Assembly (NCBI GenBank): GCA_013140805.1
Contig: JABFRW010000052.1
Location: 371-64,370, forward strand
Direction of reading: 5' to 3'
Length of the DNA stretch: 64,000 nucleotides
Source: Candidatus Eiseniibacteriota bacterium
GTDB taxonomy: Bacteria > Eisenbacteria > RBG-16-71-46
Of the stretch, positions 16,572 to 27,211 are shown in pieces. The notes beneath the pieces are model-generated. The model ran no database searches. It was given only the letters and a program-made list of their open reading frames with translations, and was not told the DNA's origin. The stretch's first letter is position 1; every line of letters starts with the position of its first letter. The position numbers and the translations under genes are program-made.

Positions 16572-18155
16572 ATGGCCGTGGAACTCGAACTACCCGACTA
16601 CTGGAAGCCCATCCTCGAACCGTTGAGGGCCGGCGACCGACACGAGGCCGTGAAACGCCTGCGCATGCAGGTGGATCACGATCCGTTCGCGCTTGCGCCG
16701 CGTCACGTCCTGGCGACGCTCCTGAGCGAACTCGGTCAGAGCAATGCTGCGCAGGTGCAGTACGAGAAGCTCCTGACCGCTTCGGTCTCGCGCGGAGACG
16801 TGTTCCGTGCGATCGCGGCGCAGCGGCGCATCAGCGAGATCGAGGGTGGCGCGCAGTCGACAGCGCGACTGGTCGCGCTGCAGCGCTGGTTCCGACTGCT
16901 CGGGCCTCAGAGCCTGACCGCTTTCGGCGATGGACCGCGCGGAGGCGTGCGCCCGATCCATTTCCTGCGTCTGCCCGAGGATCTGTTCGCCCACGCTGCC
17001 GCCGGCATGCGGCTCGAGCGCTTCGATCTGACGTGGCGCTTCGAGGGGGTGGACCGCCCGCGACAGTGGGTGGTGCTGTGGGGTGCGTTGCGCTGGGATC
17101 TTCGCCATCCAGACGACAACGCCACCGCGATCGCGCACTGCCGCGAGGGTGACGTTCTGTTTCCGGGCGCCTCGAATCCCGTCGGGACCATGCTGCGCAT
17201 CGCGGCCGATACGCCGTGCGAATGCCTCGTCATCGAGCCTGACCTGATGGCGGAACTCGCCGAACGCGATCCGGGAGTGCTCGACTCCGGTGCGGCGACG
17301 AGTCCCGAGATCGTTCACGACGAGCGCGCGCATCTCCCCGCGCGACCGCGCAGTCGCGGCGATCTCGACGACCGGCGCTTCGCACCTCCGAGTCCCGACA
17401 CCGATGCGCCGCGCCAGCTTCATATCGCACCCGAGTCGCGCGCACCGGATGAGGGCCGCGACGCCGGCGAGTGGCTCGAGTTTGGCGAAGTGTCGCTCGA
17501 CGGGACCGCGAACGGCTCCGGCGAAAGCAATCGCTCGCACGACGACATGGGCCTGCCGACCCTCGATCTCGTGAGCCCTGCGGACATGACGAACGGTGCG
17601 GGAGAGATTCCGCGGGTGCCGCGGCTGACACGTCCGAGCACGCCGGCCGCAGACAGCCCAGGCGACCCGACCCACGGGGCACGCGAAATCGAGCTGCCCA
17701 CGCCGATCGATCCGCGGACTTCCTCCGCCGGCTCCGAAGGCAAACCCAGCGACCGCAGGAACCGCCGGCGTACCGGCGTCTCGTACCAGGGAACCGTGCA
17801 GCTGCTGGGCCTCGGCCAGGCGACCGGTGTGCGGCTCGAGTGCGAAGTGGTGAATCTGTCGACCACCGGAGTCGGCATCAAGATCCCGCGCGACGCCGTG
17901 CTCTCGCTGGTGAGGATTCTCGAGGACGAAACCCTGCGACTCGAGCTCGGACCCACAAGTGGCCGAGTGGAGCTGGCAGGCCGGGTGCGCTGGCTCGACT
18001 CCCAGTCGAGCGAGGCGGTGTACGTGGGAATCCAGTTCGTTCTGCTCACGCGCGACGACACCGCCGCACTCGAGGGTCTGATCGCGCGCGCCGCACGCAA
18101 GCCCGCACCGCCCTCGATCCGCGTGCCGCGCGACCCGGACGCTCGCGCCGCCTAG
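16572..18155 (+). CDS. Multidomain protein: N-terminal TPR-like helices, degenerate cNMP-binding-like region, C-terminal PilZ domain
   Basis: PilZ motifs RRNRRR and NLSTTG plus GRVRW/VGIQF. GGAG RBS before ATG 16572. Confidence 0.7.
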   Translation: MAVELELPDYWKPILEPLRAGDRHEAVKRLRMQVDHDPFALAPRHVLATLLSELGQSNAAQVQYEKLLTASVSRGDVFRAIAAQRRISEIEGGAQSTARLVALQRWFRLLGPQSLTAFGDGPRGGVRPIHFLRLPEDLFAHAAAGMRLERFDLTWRFEGVDRPRQWVVLWGALRWDLRHPDDNATAIAHCREGDVLFPGASNPVGTMLRIAADTPCECLVIEPDLMAELAERDPGVLDSGAATSPEIVHDERAHLPARPRSRGDLDDRRFAPPSPDTDAPRQLHIAPESRAPDEGRDAGEWLEFGEVSLDGTANGSGESNRSHDDMGLPTLDLVSPADMTNGAGEIPRVPRLTRPSTPAADSPGDPTHGAREIELPTPIDPRTSSAGSEGKPSDRRNRRRTGVSYQGTVQLLGLGQATGVRLECEVVNLSTTGVGIKIPRDAVLSLVRILEDETLRLELGPTSGRVELAGRVRWLDSQSSEAVYVGIQFVLLTRDDTAALEGLIARAARKPAPPSIRVPRDPDARAA

Positions 18156-18234
18156 TTCGCGGTGCCGCGCGCATCCGCGCGCCCATGTCCTCCGGTTCGC
18201 CGGCTCCCGCGACGTTCGCTATCCTCGTCGGCCC

Positions 18235-19140
18235 ATGTCCTCCGCCTCCCCGAGCGCGAACCCATTCGAACGCGTCCGCACCTACGCGTCGTTCGTGCGC
18301 TTCGAGCACACGCTGTTTTCTCTGCCGCTGGTGCTCGCCGGCATCTTCAGCGTCGCGGGCCCGGCGCTTGCCGCCGCCCGCTGGGGCTGGATCGCGCTCG
18401 CGGCCGTCGGTGCCCGCACCGCCGCGATGGCGATCAATCGCATCGTGGATCGGCGGCTCGATGCCCTGAACCCGCGCACCCGATCGCGCGAACTGCCCGC
18501 CGGAACCATGAAAGCACTCGAAGCCTGGGGGCTGCTGGCGGCGAGTGGTGTGGCGTATCTGATCGCATGTCGTGCGCTGGGGCCCTGGTACCTGCGCGTT
18601 TCGTGGGTGCCGCTCGCGGTGTTCACGATCTACCCGTATCTCAAGCGGTTCACGCCGCTCTGCCACTTCGGGGTCGGTGCCGCACTGGCACTCGCGCCTC
18701 TGGCAGGCTTCGCAGCCGCGCATCCCGATCTCGAGATGTCGCGCACCGCGCTGTGGCTGGCCGGTTTCGCGCTGGCGTGGGTGTCGGGCTTCGACATCAT
18801 CTACGCGACGCTCGACGAGGACTTCGACCGCCTGCACCGGGTGCGCTCGATGGTGACGTGGCTCGGCCGCGACCCCGCCCTGCGGGTCTCGGTGGCCCTG
18901 CACGGCATCGCGTTCCTGTGTCTGCTGGGCGTCGCAGGATCGGTGCTCGCGAGTGTCGGCGACCCGCCCGCGTGGGCGTTCTTCGCGGTCGTGGTACTCC
19001 TCACGCTCAGCGGCGTGCTGCTGTGGCTTGAGCAGCGCTGGGCGGAGGACGTGGACCTGGCGTTCTTCAAGGTCAACGTATGGGTCGGCGCCGCGGTGCT
19101 CGCGACCGTGCTGGTTGCGCGCGCGGCCGGAGGATTTTGA
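18235..19140 (+). CDS. UbiA-family prenyltransferase (MqnP-like, futalosine pathway)
   Basis: FEHTLFSLP, NRIVDRRLDALNPRTRSRELP, GFDIIYATLDEDFD. Confidence 0.92.
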   Translation: MSSASPSANPFERVRTYASFVRFEHTLFSLPLVLAGIFSVAGPALAAARWGWIALAAVGARTAAMAINRIVDRRLDALNPRTRSRELPAGTMKALEAWGLLAASGVAYLIACRALGPWYLRVSWVPLAVFTIYPYLKRFTPLCHFGVGAALALAPLAGFAAAHPDLEMSRTALWLAGFALAWVSGFDIIYATLDEDFDRLHRVRSMVTWLGRDPALRVSVALHGIAFLCLLGVAGSVLASVGDPPAWAFFAVVVLLTLSGVLLWLEQRWAEDVDLAFFKVNVWVGAAVLATVLVARAAGGF

Positions 19141-19694
19141 TGAAGCGCTACCTGATCGGCATGACCGGCGCCTCGGGCAGTGTCTATGGCGTGGACTTTC
19201 TCAAGCGCTGCCCGGGCGAGAAGTTCCTCGTCATGAGCGACTGGGCGCGACAGGTGTTGCAGTCCGAGACCGGGCTCAAGGCGTCGGACCTCGAAGCGCA
19301 CGCGAAGAAGTTGTTCCTCGACAGCGACCTGGCGGCACCGTTCAGCTCCGGCAGCAATCGCTATGACGCTTACGTGATCGTGCCGTGCAGCGTCTCGACG
19401 CTCGCGAAGATCGCCGCGGGCATCGCGGACACGCTCATCACGCGCGCCGCAGCCGTAGCGCTCAAGGAACGCATGCGCATGGTGCTGTGCGTGCGCGAGA
19501 CTCCGCTGTCCTCGATCGCGCTCGAGGCGTGTCTCAAGCTGTCGCGAGAGGGCGTAGTGATCATGCCGGTTTCGCCGCCCTGGTACGCGAACCCGCGTGA
19601 TCTCGATCAGCTGGTCGGCGGCTTCAGCCACAAGCTGCTCGCGCTGCTCGGCGAAGGCGCAGGCCCCGGCTGGCGCGAAGAGGCGCTCGAGTAA
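19140..19694 (+). CDS. ubiX: UbiX-family flavin prenyltransferase
   Basis: GMTGASGS, SSGS, PCS..TLAKIA.G, LKE, RETP. Confidence 0.93.
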   Translation: MKRYLIGMTGASGSVYGVDFLKRCPGEKFLVMSDWARQVLQSETGLKASDLEAHAKKLFLDSDLAAPFSSGSNRYDAYVIVPCSVSTLAKIAAGIADTLITRAAAVALKERMRMVLCVRETPLSSIALEACLKLSREGVVIMPVSPPWYANPRDLDQLVGGFSHKLLALLGEGAGPGWREEALE

Positions 19695-19695
19695 C

Positions 19696-21585
19696 GTGGC
19701 TCCCTTCCGCTCCCTCACCGACTTCCTCGACCATCTCGATCACCACGGCGACCTCAAGCGCGTGACGCGCGAGGTGGACTTCGCGCATGAAGTCACCGAG
19801 ATCGCGTGCCGCGAGGCCAGGGCACAGGGCCCCGCGCTGCTGTTCGAGAAGGTGCGCGGCGCGCGCTTCCCGCTCGCGGTCAACGTGCTCGCGGCCACGC
19901 GACGCATCGAGTGGGCGCTCGGCCGCACCGCGAAGAGCGTCGGCGCCGAAATCGAAGAGATTTTCCACGCGCTGCCGCCACGGCGGATCTCGGATCTGTG
20001 GAAGCTGCGCGGCAGTGTGCCGCGACTCCTCGCCTCGCGCCCGCGGACGATCGGCGTCGCCCCGGTGCACGATGCGCGCGGCGTGACCTTCGACGATTTG
20101 CCGCTGCTCAAGCTGTGGCCTCGCGACGGCGGGCGTTTCGTCACGTTTCCGCTCGTGTTCACGGAGGATCCCGACACTCACAAGCGCAATCTCGGGATCT
20201 ATCGCATGCACGTGTACGACGCGAAGACCAGCGGCATGCACTGGCAGATCGGCAAGGGCGGCGGCTTCCACTTTCACACCGCCGAGTCGCGCGGTCTCCC
20301 GCTCGGCGTGGCGGTCGCGGTGGGCGCCGACCCGGCGACTCTGCTCGCGGCGGTCTCGCCGCTGCCCGAGGGCATCGACGAACTCGCGTTCGCGGGATTC
20401 CTGCGCGGATCGCCCACGCGACTCACGCGCGCCCGCACCATGGACATGCTGGTGCCGGCGGATGCCGAGTTCGTGATCGAAGGCGTGGTGCCGGCCGGTG
20501 AGCGCCGCACCGAGGGCCCGTTCGGCGATCACTTCGGGCACTACTCGCAGTCGGCGCCGTTCCCGGTCTTTCACGTTCGCGAGATCACGCACCGCGCGCG
20601 TCCGGTGTTCCAGGCCAGCGTGGTCGGCAAGCCACCGCAAGAAGATCTGTGGATGGGCGAGGCGATCCAGGACATGTTCCTCGGCGTGCTCAAGGTGATC
20701 CACCCCGAAGTGGTGGATCTGTGGGCCTACTTCGAAGCCGGCTTCCACAACCTGCTGGTGGTGGCGGTGAGCAATCGCTTCGCGCGCGAAGCACGCAAGA
20801 CCGCCCTGGGCTTGATGGGCACCGGCCAGCTCTCGCTCACCAAGTGCATCGTGCTGGTCGATGGCGACGTGAATCCTCGCGATCGACGCGCGGTGTTCGA
20901 AGCGCTGGCGCGCAACTTCGACGCGACCGAAGACTTCATGCTGATCCCCGGTGTGCCGCTCGACACGCTCGACTTCACGAGCTACCGCATGAACCTCGGC
21001 AGCAAGATGGTGCTCGACGCCCAGTCGTCACCCGGCGGTGCGGCGGCCCGCGCCGGAGGATCGAGCGGGCGCGTCGCCGCCGTCGCGCCGCTCGACCCGC
21101 CGCTCGAGGTGCCGGATCCGCGCGCATTCGCGGACGGCATCACGGCGTGGCGCCTCAAGTGGAGCGGCATTCTCGCGGTACAGGTGGCGGGCGCCATCGG
21201 TGGTGACGCCGCGACCTGGGAGATCGAAGCTGCCGAGCGCGCGGGCGATTCGTCGGAGCCCGCCGGGAACGACACCGTGCCGGCGACCCCCGGGCGCGCA
21301 GTCGTGGAAGCGCTGGTGCGGCGCCCCGAATACGCGGCGGTGCGATTCATCGTGGCGGTGAGCGGCGATGTCGACCTCGACGACGACGCGATCTTCCTGT
21401 GGGGCTGGTTCACGCGCTTCGACTGTGCCCGCGACGTGGTGCCCGCTCATGCCGAGACGCGAGGTGCGTGGCTCACGTGTCGCGGGCCGCTCGGAATCGA
21501 CGCCACCTGGAAGCGCGGCTACCCGGAACCGGTCGCGAATCTGCCCGAAGTGATCCGTGCGGTCGACGGCTGGTGGGGGAAGTGA
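19696..21585 (+). CDS. ubiD: UbiD-family decarboxylase (MqnL-like)
   Basis: GPALLFE, RNLGIYRM, MHWQ, EGPFGDHFGHY, GKPPQED, GSKMVLDA. GTG start directly after the ubiX stop. Confidence 0.92.
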   Translation: MAPFRSLTDFLDHLDHHGDLKRVTREVDFAHEVTEIACREARAQGPALLFEKVRGARFPLAVNVLAATRRIEWALGRTAKSVGAEIEEIFHALPPRRISDLWKLRGSVPRLLASRPRTIGVAPVHDARGVTFDDLPLLKLWPRDGGRFVTFPLVFTEDPDTHKRNLGIYRMHVYDAKTSGMHWQIGKGGGFHFHTAESRGLPLGVAVAVGADPATLLAAVSPLPEGIDELAFAGFLRGSPTRLTRARTMDMLVPADAEFVIEGVVPAGERRTEGPFGDHFGHYSQSAPFPVFHVREITHRARPVFQASVVGKPPQEDLWMGEAIQDMFLGVLKVIHPEVVDLWAYFEAGFHNLLVVAVSNRFAREARKTALGLMGTGQLSLTKCIVLVDGDVNPRDRRAVFEALARNFDATEDFMLIPGVPLDTLDFTSYRMNLGSKMVLDAQSSPGGAAARAGGSSGRVAAVAPLDPPLEVPDPRAFADGITAWRLKWSGILAVQVAGAIGGDAATWEIEAAERAGDSSEPAGNDTVPATPGRAVVEALVRRPEYAAVRFIVAVSGDVDLDDDAIFLWGWFTRFDCARDVVPAHAETRGAWLTCRGPLGIDATWKRGYPEPVANLPEVIRAVDGWWGK

Positions 21586-21592
21586 CTCGTTC

Positions 21593-22501
21593 GTGAGCCG
21601 GCGCCCCGCTCGCTCGCTCGTCTACGCCGGCATGGTGTGTTCCGCGCTGATCGCGGGCAGTTCGTACCCGATCTTCAAGCGCACCGTCGCCGAGATTCCT
21701 GCGATGCCGTTCACGCTGATGCGCTTCGCGCTGGCGGCGGCGTTCATGGCGGTCGCGCTACGCGTTTCGGGCGACCGACAAACGATCGCACCGGCCGATC
21801 GTAAGCGGCTGTGGCTCGCCGGCATTCTGGTGGTGCCGATCAACGCCGGACTCTTCATCTTCGGAATCCAGTGGACCAAGGCGGCGCACGGCGCGCTTCT
21901 CTACGCGCTCACTCCCGCGGCGGTGCTGGTGATCACCAGCATTCAGTCGCGGCGGCTTCCCTCTCCGCTCGCGTGGGTCGGCGCCGGGCTCGCGTTTGCG
22001 GGGGTCCTGGTGCTGCTGCTCGAGCGCGGGTTGTCGTTCGAGTGGCACGCGCTGCGCGGTGACCTGCTCATCCTGATCGCGGTGTTCGCGTGGGCCTGGT
22101 ACACGGCACTCGGCCGCGGACTGACCGCGAGCTATGGCGCGGTCGGCACCGCAGCGCGCGCGGTGCTCTACGGCACGATCGCGTTCGCGCCGTTCGGATT
22201 GCTGTTCTGGGGCGGCTTCGATCCGCGCACCGTGTCGATGGTGGCATGGGCGGGGCTCGTCTACCTGGCGTGGTTCGTCGCCGGCATCAACTTCATCCTG
22301 TGGTACTGGGGCGTGAAGCAGCTCTCGCCCGCGGGGGTCGCGGTGTTCGCGAATCTGCAGCCGCTGGTCGCCGCAGGTATGGCGTGGTGGCTGCTGCACG
22401 AGGCGCTCGCACCCTCGTTCTGGTTGAGCGTCGCGCTGGTGCTCACCGGCGTCGCGGTGACGCAGCGGGCGGCCCAGGCGGCGGTGCGCGCCTCGAGCTA
22501 G
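21593..22501 (+). CDS. EamA/DMT family transporter
   Basis: About 10 TM segments; RFALAA, GDLLIL, FANLQPLVA. Confidence 0.88.
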   Translation: MSRRPARSLVYAGMVCSALIAGSSYPIFKRTVAEIPAMPFTLMRFALAAAFMAVALRVSGDRQTIAPADRKRLWLAGILVVPINAGLFIFGIQWTKAAHGALLYALTPAAVLVITSIQSRRLPSPLAWVGAGLAFAGVLVLLLERGLSFEWHALRGDLLILIAVFAWAWYTALGRGLTASYGAVGTAARAVLYGTIAFAPFGLLFWGGFDPRTVSMVAWAGLVYLAWFVAGINFILWYWGVKQLSPAGVAVFANLQPLVAAGMAWWLLHEALAPSFWLSVALVLTGVAVTQRAAQAAVRASS

Positions 22502-25500
22502 CGAACCACCGCGAAGCGGCGCGCGGCACGGCGGCCATCGCACTCGAGCACCGCGACGTAGACGCCGGCGCCGACGCGGCTCGCATCCCAGTTCACGCGC
22601 TGCAGTCCCGCCGAACGCGGCTCGTCGATCACTCTGGCTACCAGTCGTCCGCTCACGTCGAACACGTTCAGGCGGATGCGCGACGCCTTCGACAGTGCGA
22701 AACCGAAGGCGGCACGCGAGCCGAGCGGATTGGGAGCCACGGCGAGTTCGAGCTCGTCCCGCGCCGGCAGTTCGATTCCCGGTTCGACCGCGGTCGCGGC
22801 GGACAAGCGCACGCGTGCGCGAACGGCCGAGACCGTGACGCCGCAGCGCGCGCTGCCGGGCGGCTTGGTCAGATTGTCGTTCGAGTGCAGATAACCGATC
22901 GCGGTGACGTCTTCGAAGACGTGCGGAACGAATGCGGCTGCGGGCAGATCGAACTTGAAGTTCTTGGGTGGCGAGGGCGAGTAGAGGGCCCAGCGACGCG
23001 CGTCCGGATTCGTCATCACGAAGTCGGCGGTCGCGCTGGCGGCCGGACCCGCGAAGTCTTCGGAGACCCAGAACTGCGTGCCGTCCCGCACCACGAATCG
23101 CAGCTGGCCGGAATTGAGACTGGGAGTGGCGAAGCTGCCCGAGTAGTCGAGCAGTTCGAGCGTGCTCGAAGGACCGAAGGCCACGCGCGGAGCGTGGGCG
23201 CCGACTCGGAAGTCTTCCTTCTTCCAGTAGCGCAGGTCCCAGCCGATGGTGCCGGTCGGGCCACCCGAGTGCAGCGCGTCGAGCGCGCCGCGATCCCACA
23301 CTTCGGCCTCGTGATAGGCGAAGAAGCCGAAGTAGCTCTCCATCAGGAGTCCGCCGTAGAAGCGGCCGTTCACACCGAGCGTGTCCGCGGCGGCCGTCAT
23401 CAGCGGCAGGACGTCGCTGAATGGAATCGACCAGCGTGCGCCGGTGGCGCCGCCTTCGAGCTGCACCTGCAGTTCGGCGGGCGTGTTGAATTCGCGCAAC
23501 AGAGCGTCGCCCGTGTGGGTGTAGTCGCCGCTCCAGTCGAGCGCGAGGATGGTGTCCTCGGGCGATGAAACGTAGCGCGCGACATAGGCGGTCGGAGTCG
23601 CGGGTGTGGCGACATCGTGGGTGTCGGCCGTTGCGTCGGACCAGCCTGCGAACAGCCACACCTTGCCGTTGGCGGTCTGCACGCCGGGTGCTCCGAACGA
23701 GCGCAATACGCCGATGGTGCTCGTGAACGCGAGCGGCGTCGGAATGAGTCCGCCATCCAGTACCAGCGGGATGCCGGGTGGATCGGTCTGCAACGTGAGC
23801 ACCGTGGTGTCGGGCAACACATCGCGATACACCGTGGTGGTGAGTCCCTGGGAATCGACGACCCGCAGGTTCACCCGCAGCCAGATGTTGTTCTCGATGT
23901 GATTGCGCGCCGCGATGCCGTAGCTGCCGCTCGCGAGCCCCGAGGTCTCGGGCAGCCCCGGGTGCAGGTGCTGGTCGTGATGCAGATCGATCCACCACGT
24001 ATACGCCGCGGGCGGCAGCGTGCCGTCCTCCGGATCGCTCGCGGTTCCCGAGAACTCGAGCGTGGTGCCGCCTCGAAAGCGCGCGCCCTCGGGCGGCGTG
24101 ACGATCGAGGCCAGCGGTGACTGCGATCCGATCACCGACAGGATCGCGGCGTCGCTGGTGTCGGCGCCGGTCGCGTTGCTCACGATACAGCGAAACGTGG
24201 CGCCGCTGTCGGCCTTGACCGCGTCGCGGAGCACGTAACGCGGTGTGTTCGCGGCGCCGATCGGCGCGTTGCCTCGCAGCCACTGATACGCCAGCGGAGG
24301 CGTGCCGTTGGCGGTGACCGTGAACTCGGCCGAATCGCCGGTCGCGATGCTGACGCTCTGCGGATGGAGCCCGATCGAAGGCGCGAAGCTCGCGGTGTAG
24401 GCGATCTTCACCAGCACGCCGGTGTTGCTGCCGTCACCGCGCGCGATGTAGTAGAGGTTGCCGTCGACTCCGAGCGCCACGCCGACCGGATTGATCGCGA
24501 GCGTGATCCCCAGCACCTGAGAAGTCGCCGGCGAGGCCGGATTGATCCAGCGGATCTCCTCGGCGCACAGGTCGCTGAAGAAGTAGCGGCCGCGCCACTG
24601 CGGCGGCCACCGCGTGGTGTCGGGATCGAAGAATGCGCCGCCCACGATCGCGCAGCCGTTCGAGTGGTTGTAGGCGTGCAGCGGCGGCACGTAGGTCGGA
24701 GCGCCGCCCGGGCCCTCGACGCTCGGCCAGCCATAATTCGAGCCCGGCGCGAGATCGTTGATCTCTTCGAACGCATCCTGACCCACGTCGTTGACGAACA
24801 TGCGGCCGGTACCTGGCTGCACCGCGAACGTGAACGGATTGCGAAAGCCGCGCGCCCAGATCGCGCGATTCTTGCCGGTGGTCTGGGCATAGAACGGATT
24901 GTCGGTCGGAATCGTGCCGTCGCGTCGGATGCGCGAAATCTTGCCGCGCAGGCTGGTGAGGTTCTGCGCCTCGTTGCTCGAGGCGTTCTCGCCCATTGCG
25001 ATGTACAGCATGCTGTCGGCGCCGAAGCGAATCGCGCCGCCGACGTGGAAGTCGGAGAGGTTCTGATCGAGGTCGAACAGGTTGACCGCACTGCCGACCA
25101 GCGCGACGTCACCGTTGGCGGTGAAGCGCGTGATGCGATTGAACGACGACGGCGTGGTGTAGCAGGCGTACACATGACCGTTGGTGGTGAACGCGGGATC
25201 GAATGCGAGCCCGAGCAACCCCTGCTCGCCGGGTGTCATCACCGAAAGCGTGGTGAACGCGGTGGGCAGCAACGCACCGTTCTTGACCACGCGAATCGCG
25301 CCACCTTGTTGACCGATGAAGATGCGACCGTCGGGTGCCATCGCCATGCAGGTGGGCGTCTGGAGGCTCGAGGTCAGCACCGTTTCGCTGAAATCCGCCG
25401 GCACGCTCGCGCGCGAGCGGCCGGGCGTGACGCACCACAGGCCGAGCAGCAACGTGAGGGCACAGCACGGCGTGAAGCGTGGCCAAGTCGAGGTCACGAA

Positions 25501-25554
25501 CGGGGCTCCGGGCGCGGATCTGGATGAAAAAGGGAGGCGACCCGCGCACTCCAT
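22498..25554 (-). CDS. Secreted PQQ-dependent sugar dehydrogenase (GSDH-type propeller) with Ig-like domains and a C-terminal FlgD/T9SS-like domain; start uncertain
   Basis: GEQGLLG, HVGGAIRFG, GFRNPF, NDVG, EEIN, NYGWP; C-terminus APNP..VFDVSGR.V..W..GVY. Confidence 0.85.
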   Translation of the reverse strand: MECAGRLPFSSRSAPGAPFVTSTWPRFTPCCALTLLLGLWCVTPGRSRASVPADFSETVLTSSLQTPTCMAMAPDGRIFIGQQGGAIRVVKNGALLPTAFTTLSVMTPGEQGLLGLAFDPAFTTNGHVYACYTTPSSFNRITRFTANGDVALVGSAVNLFDLDQNLSDFHVGGAIRFGADSMLYIAMGENASSNEAQNLTSLRGKISRIRRDGTIPTDNPFYAQTTGKNRAIWARGFRNPFTFAVQPGTGRMFVNDVGQDAFEEINDLAPGSNYGWPSVEGPGGAPTYVPPLHAYNHSNGCAIVGGAFFDPDTTRWPPQWRGRYFFSDLCAEEIRWINPASPATSQVLGITLAINPVGVALGVDGNLYYIARGDGSNTGVLVKIAYTASFAPSIGLHPQSVSIATGDSAEFTVTANGTPPLAYQWLRGNAPIGAANTPRYVLRDAVKADSGATFRCIVSNATGADTSDAAILSVIGSQSPLASIVTPPEGARFRGGTTLEFSGTASDPEDGTLPPAAYTWWIDLHHDQHLHPGLPETSGLASGSYGIAARNHIENNIWLRVNLRVVDSQGLTTTVYRDVLPDTTVLTLQTDPPGIPLVLDGGLIPTPLAFTSTIGVLRSFGAPGVQTANGKVWLFAGWSDATADTHDVATPATPTAYVARYVSSPEDTILALDWSGDYTHTGDALLREFNTPAELQVQLEGGATGARWSIPFSDVLPLMTAAADTLGVNGRFYGGLLMESYFGFFAYHEAEVWDRGALDALHSGGPTGTIGWDLRYWKKEDFRVGAHAPRVAFGPSSTLELLDYSGSFATPSLNSGQLRFVVRDGTQFWVSEDFAGPAASATADFVMTNPDARRWALYSPSPPKNFKFDLPAAAFVPHVFEDVTAIGYLHSNDNLTKPPGSARCGVTVSAVRARVRLSAATAVEPGIELPARDELELAVAPNPLGSRAAFGFALSKASRIRLNVFDVSGRLVARVIDEPRSAGLQRVNWDASRVGAGVYVAVLECDGRRAARRFAVVR

Positions 25555-25628
25555 GCCGAGTCAGGCTGAGGAGTGTAGAGAGTCGCCTCACATGGACTCA
25601 AGTCAGAACCAAAGATTTCTCGGTGCAA

Positions 25629-27044
25629 CTATTTCAATTCGGCGAGCTGCTTCTTGAAACCGTCGATGGTACGGGTCGAGCGCTGGCTTTCGGGCATCGA
25701 CTCGGCCTCCGAAATCGCCTGCGCGAGTGCGCTGCGCGTGTCCGCCGGGTCACCGCGATCGGTGAGAATGCCGATTCGAGTGCGCCACAACAGGAAGCGC
25801 CGCGGACCGTAGGCGAGCGCCATGGCGCGGTCGGAGGCCGCCAGCGCCGTGTCATATCGTTTCATCGCACGAAGTGCGGTGGCGAGCCGCGCCGGCGGAT
25901 TGTAGTCCTGGGGCAGATCGCGCTCCGAGGCCTCCAGCATCGGCACGGCCTTCTCGGGCGTGCCGAGTTCCAGATACGCCGAGAGTCGGTGCGAGTCGAA
26001 GACCGCACGCGCGTCCGGCGTCTTCGCCTTCGCCGCCGCGCCGTCGAGAAACGCCGACCACTCGATCGCGACCTGATGTGCGGCGGTCGAGTCTCCGCGT
26101 TCCTGCAGCGCGTCGAGCAGCGAGATGTAGACACCGCTGCGATCGTCGCCCGCAAGGTCGAGCTTCGAGTCCGCGAGGATGCTGCGCACCGCGCGTTCGA
26201 AGTGCGCGACGGAGCGCTGCTTCTCGGGGTTCGAGTCCGGCAGCGCAACCGCCGAGGACAGGCCGTAGGCCGCGACATTCGCCGAAGTCGACTGGCCCTC
26301 GAGCCGCGTCCACGCCACGCCGGCCACGTCCACCACCGCCTGATTCTGATTCGTGTTCGAGAGCGCGAACAGCAGCGCGTCGATCGCGCGCGAGTAGCTG
26401 GGCCAGTTCGCGGGCGCCAGCGCGATCGCGCCGCGATACGCCTCCGCGGCCAGCGAGTCCTGCCCCTCGCCGTAGAGCGAGTCGGCGCGGGCGAGCGCGC
26501 GGTCGGCCGGCGAGGCCTCGCCGTGCTGGGTCCAGGACACGATCGCCTGGTCGAGGAAGTGATGGAGCTGCGTCACGGTCATGCTGCCGACCATCCGCAT
26601 CGTGACCTTCTCGGTGTTCGGATCGATCACGTAGTAGCTCGGCAGCGCCGGCAACGGATAGCGCTTGCGAACCTCGGCGTTGACCGAGTTCTCGGCGTCC
26701 ACGCTGAGCCACACGAAGCGCTCGGCGTGGCGTGCGAGCGTGGGATCGGTGAACACGTAGGCCCGCATCGAGCGGCAGGTGTGACACCACGGCGCCCACG
26801 CCTCGACGAACACGGGAGCCTTTCGCTGCTTTGCCAGCGAGAGCGCGCGCGCAAGATCGTCGTCGATGAACGGAACCGCGGCGGCCAGCGCGCCATGCTT
26901 CGGCACCGAGGTCGGCCGCGGCGCCGCCTTCGTGGTCGCGAGCGGCGCTGCGAAGCCGCGAGGCGCAGCGATGGAAATCGCGAGGCCGGCCGCGAGTGTC
27001 AGCGCGATCCAGCTCGGAAGCGGACTCGAAAAACGAGCGGGCAT
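25629..27044 (-). CDS. Exported thioredoxin-family protein with TPR repeats
   Basis: Signal peptide, WAPWCHTC CxxC motif, then helical TPR-like repeats. GAGG RBS. Confidence 0.85.
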   Translation of the reverse strand: MPARFSSPLPSWIALTLAAGLAISIAAPRGFAAPLATTKAAPRPTSVPKHGALAAAVPFIDDDLARALSLAKQRKAPVFVEAWAPWCHTCRSMRAYVFTDPTLARHAERFVWLSVDAENSVNAEVRKRYPLPALPSYYVIDPNTEKVTMRMVGSMTVTQLHHFLDQAIVSWTQHGEASPADRALARADSLYGEGQDSLAAEAYRGAIALAPANWPSYSRAIDALLFALSNTNQNQAVVDVAGVAWTRLEGQSTSANVAAYGLSSAVALPDSNPEKQRSVAHFERAVRSILADSKLDLAGDDRSGVYISLLDALQERGDSTAAHQVAIEWSAFLDGAAAKAKTPDARAVFDSHRLSAYLELGTPEKAVPMLEASERDLPQDYNPPARLATALRAMKRYDTALAASDRAMALAYGPRRFLLWRTRIGILTDRGDPADTRSALAQAISEAESMPESQRSTRTIDGFKKQLAELK

Positions 27045-27211
27045 GTCGGACGTTCCTCGGACGAAAGCTCGAGCACGCGAACGGTGAGACCACGGGTGCG
27101 GAGGACGGGTCGTTCGGCGACGGCTTTCTGATAGGGTGCGAGCGCGATCCTAGCACGCGAATCGCGTCATTTCGCAGTTCACGACCGGGCTTCCGACCCG
27201 ACGAGCGCCGC

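Noticed and set aside
18181-18244. 14-nt direct repeat GCCCATGTCCTCCG around the ubiA-like start
   Set aside because: Two copies 50 nt apart, out of frame, with no mobile-element context; no function supportable.
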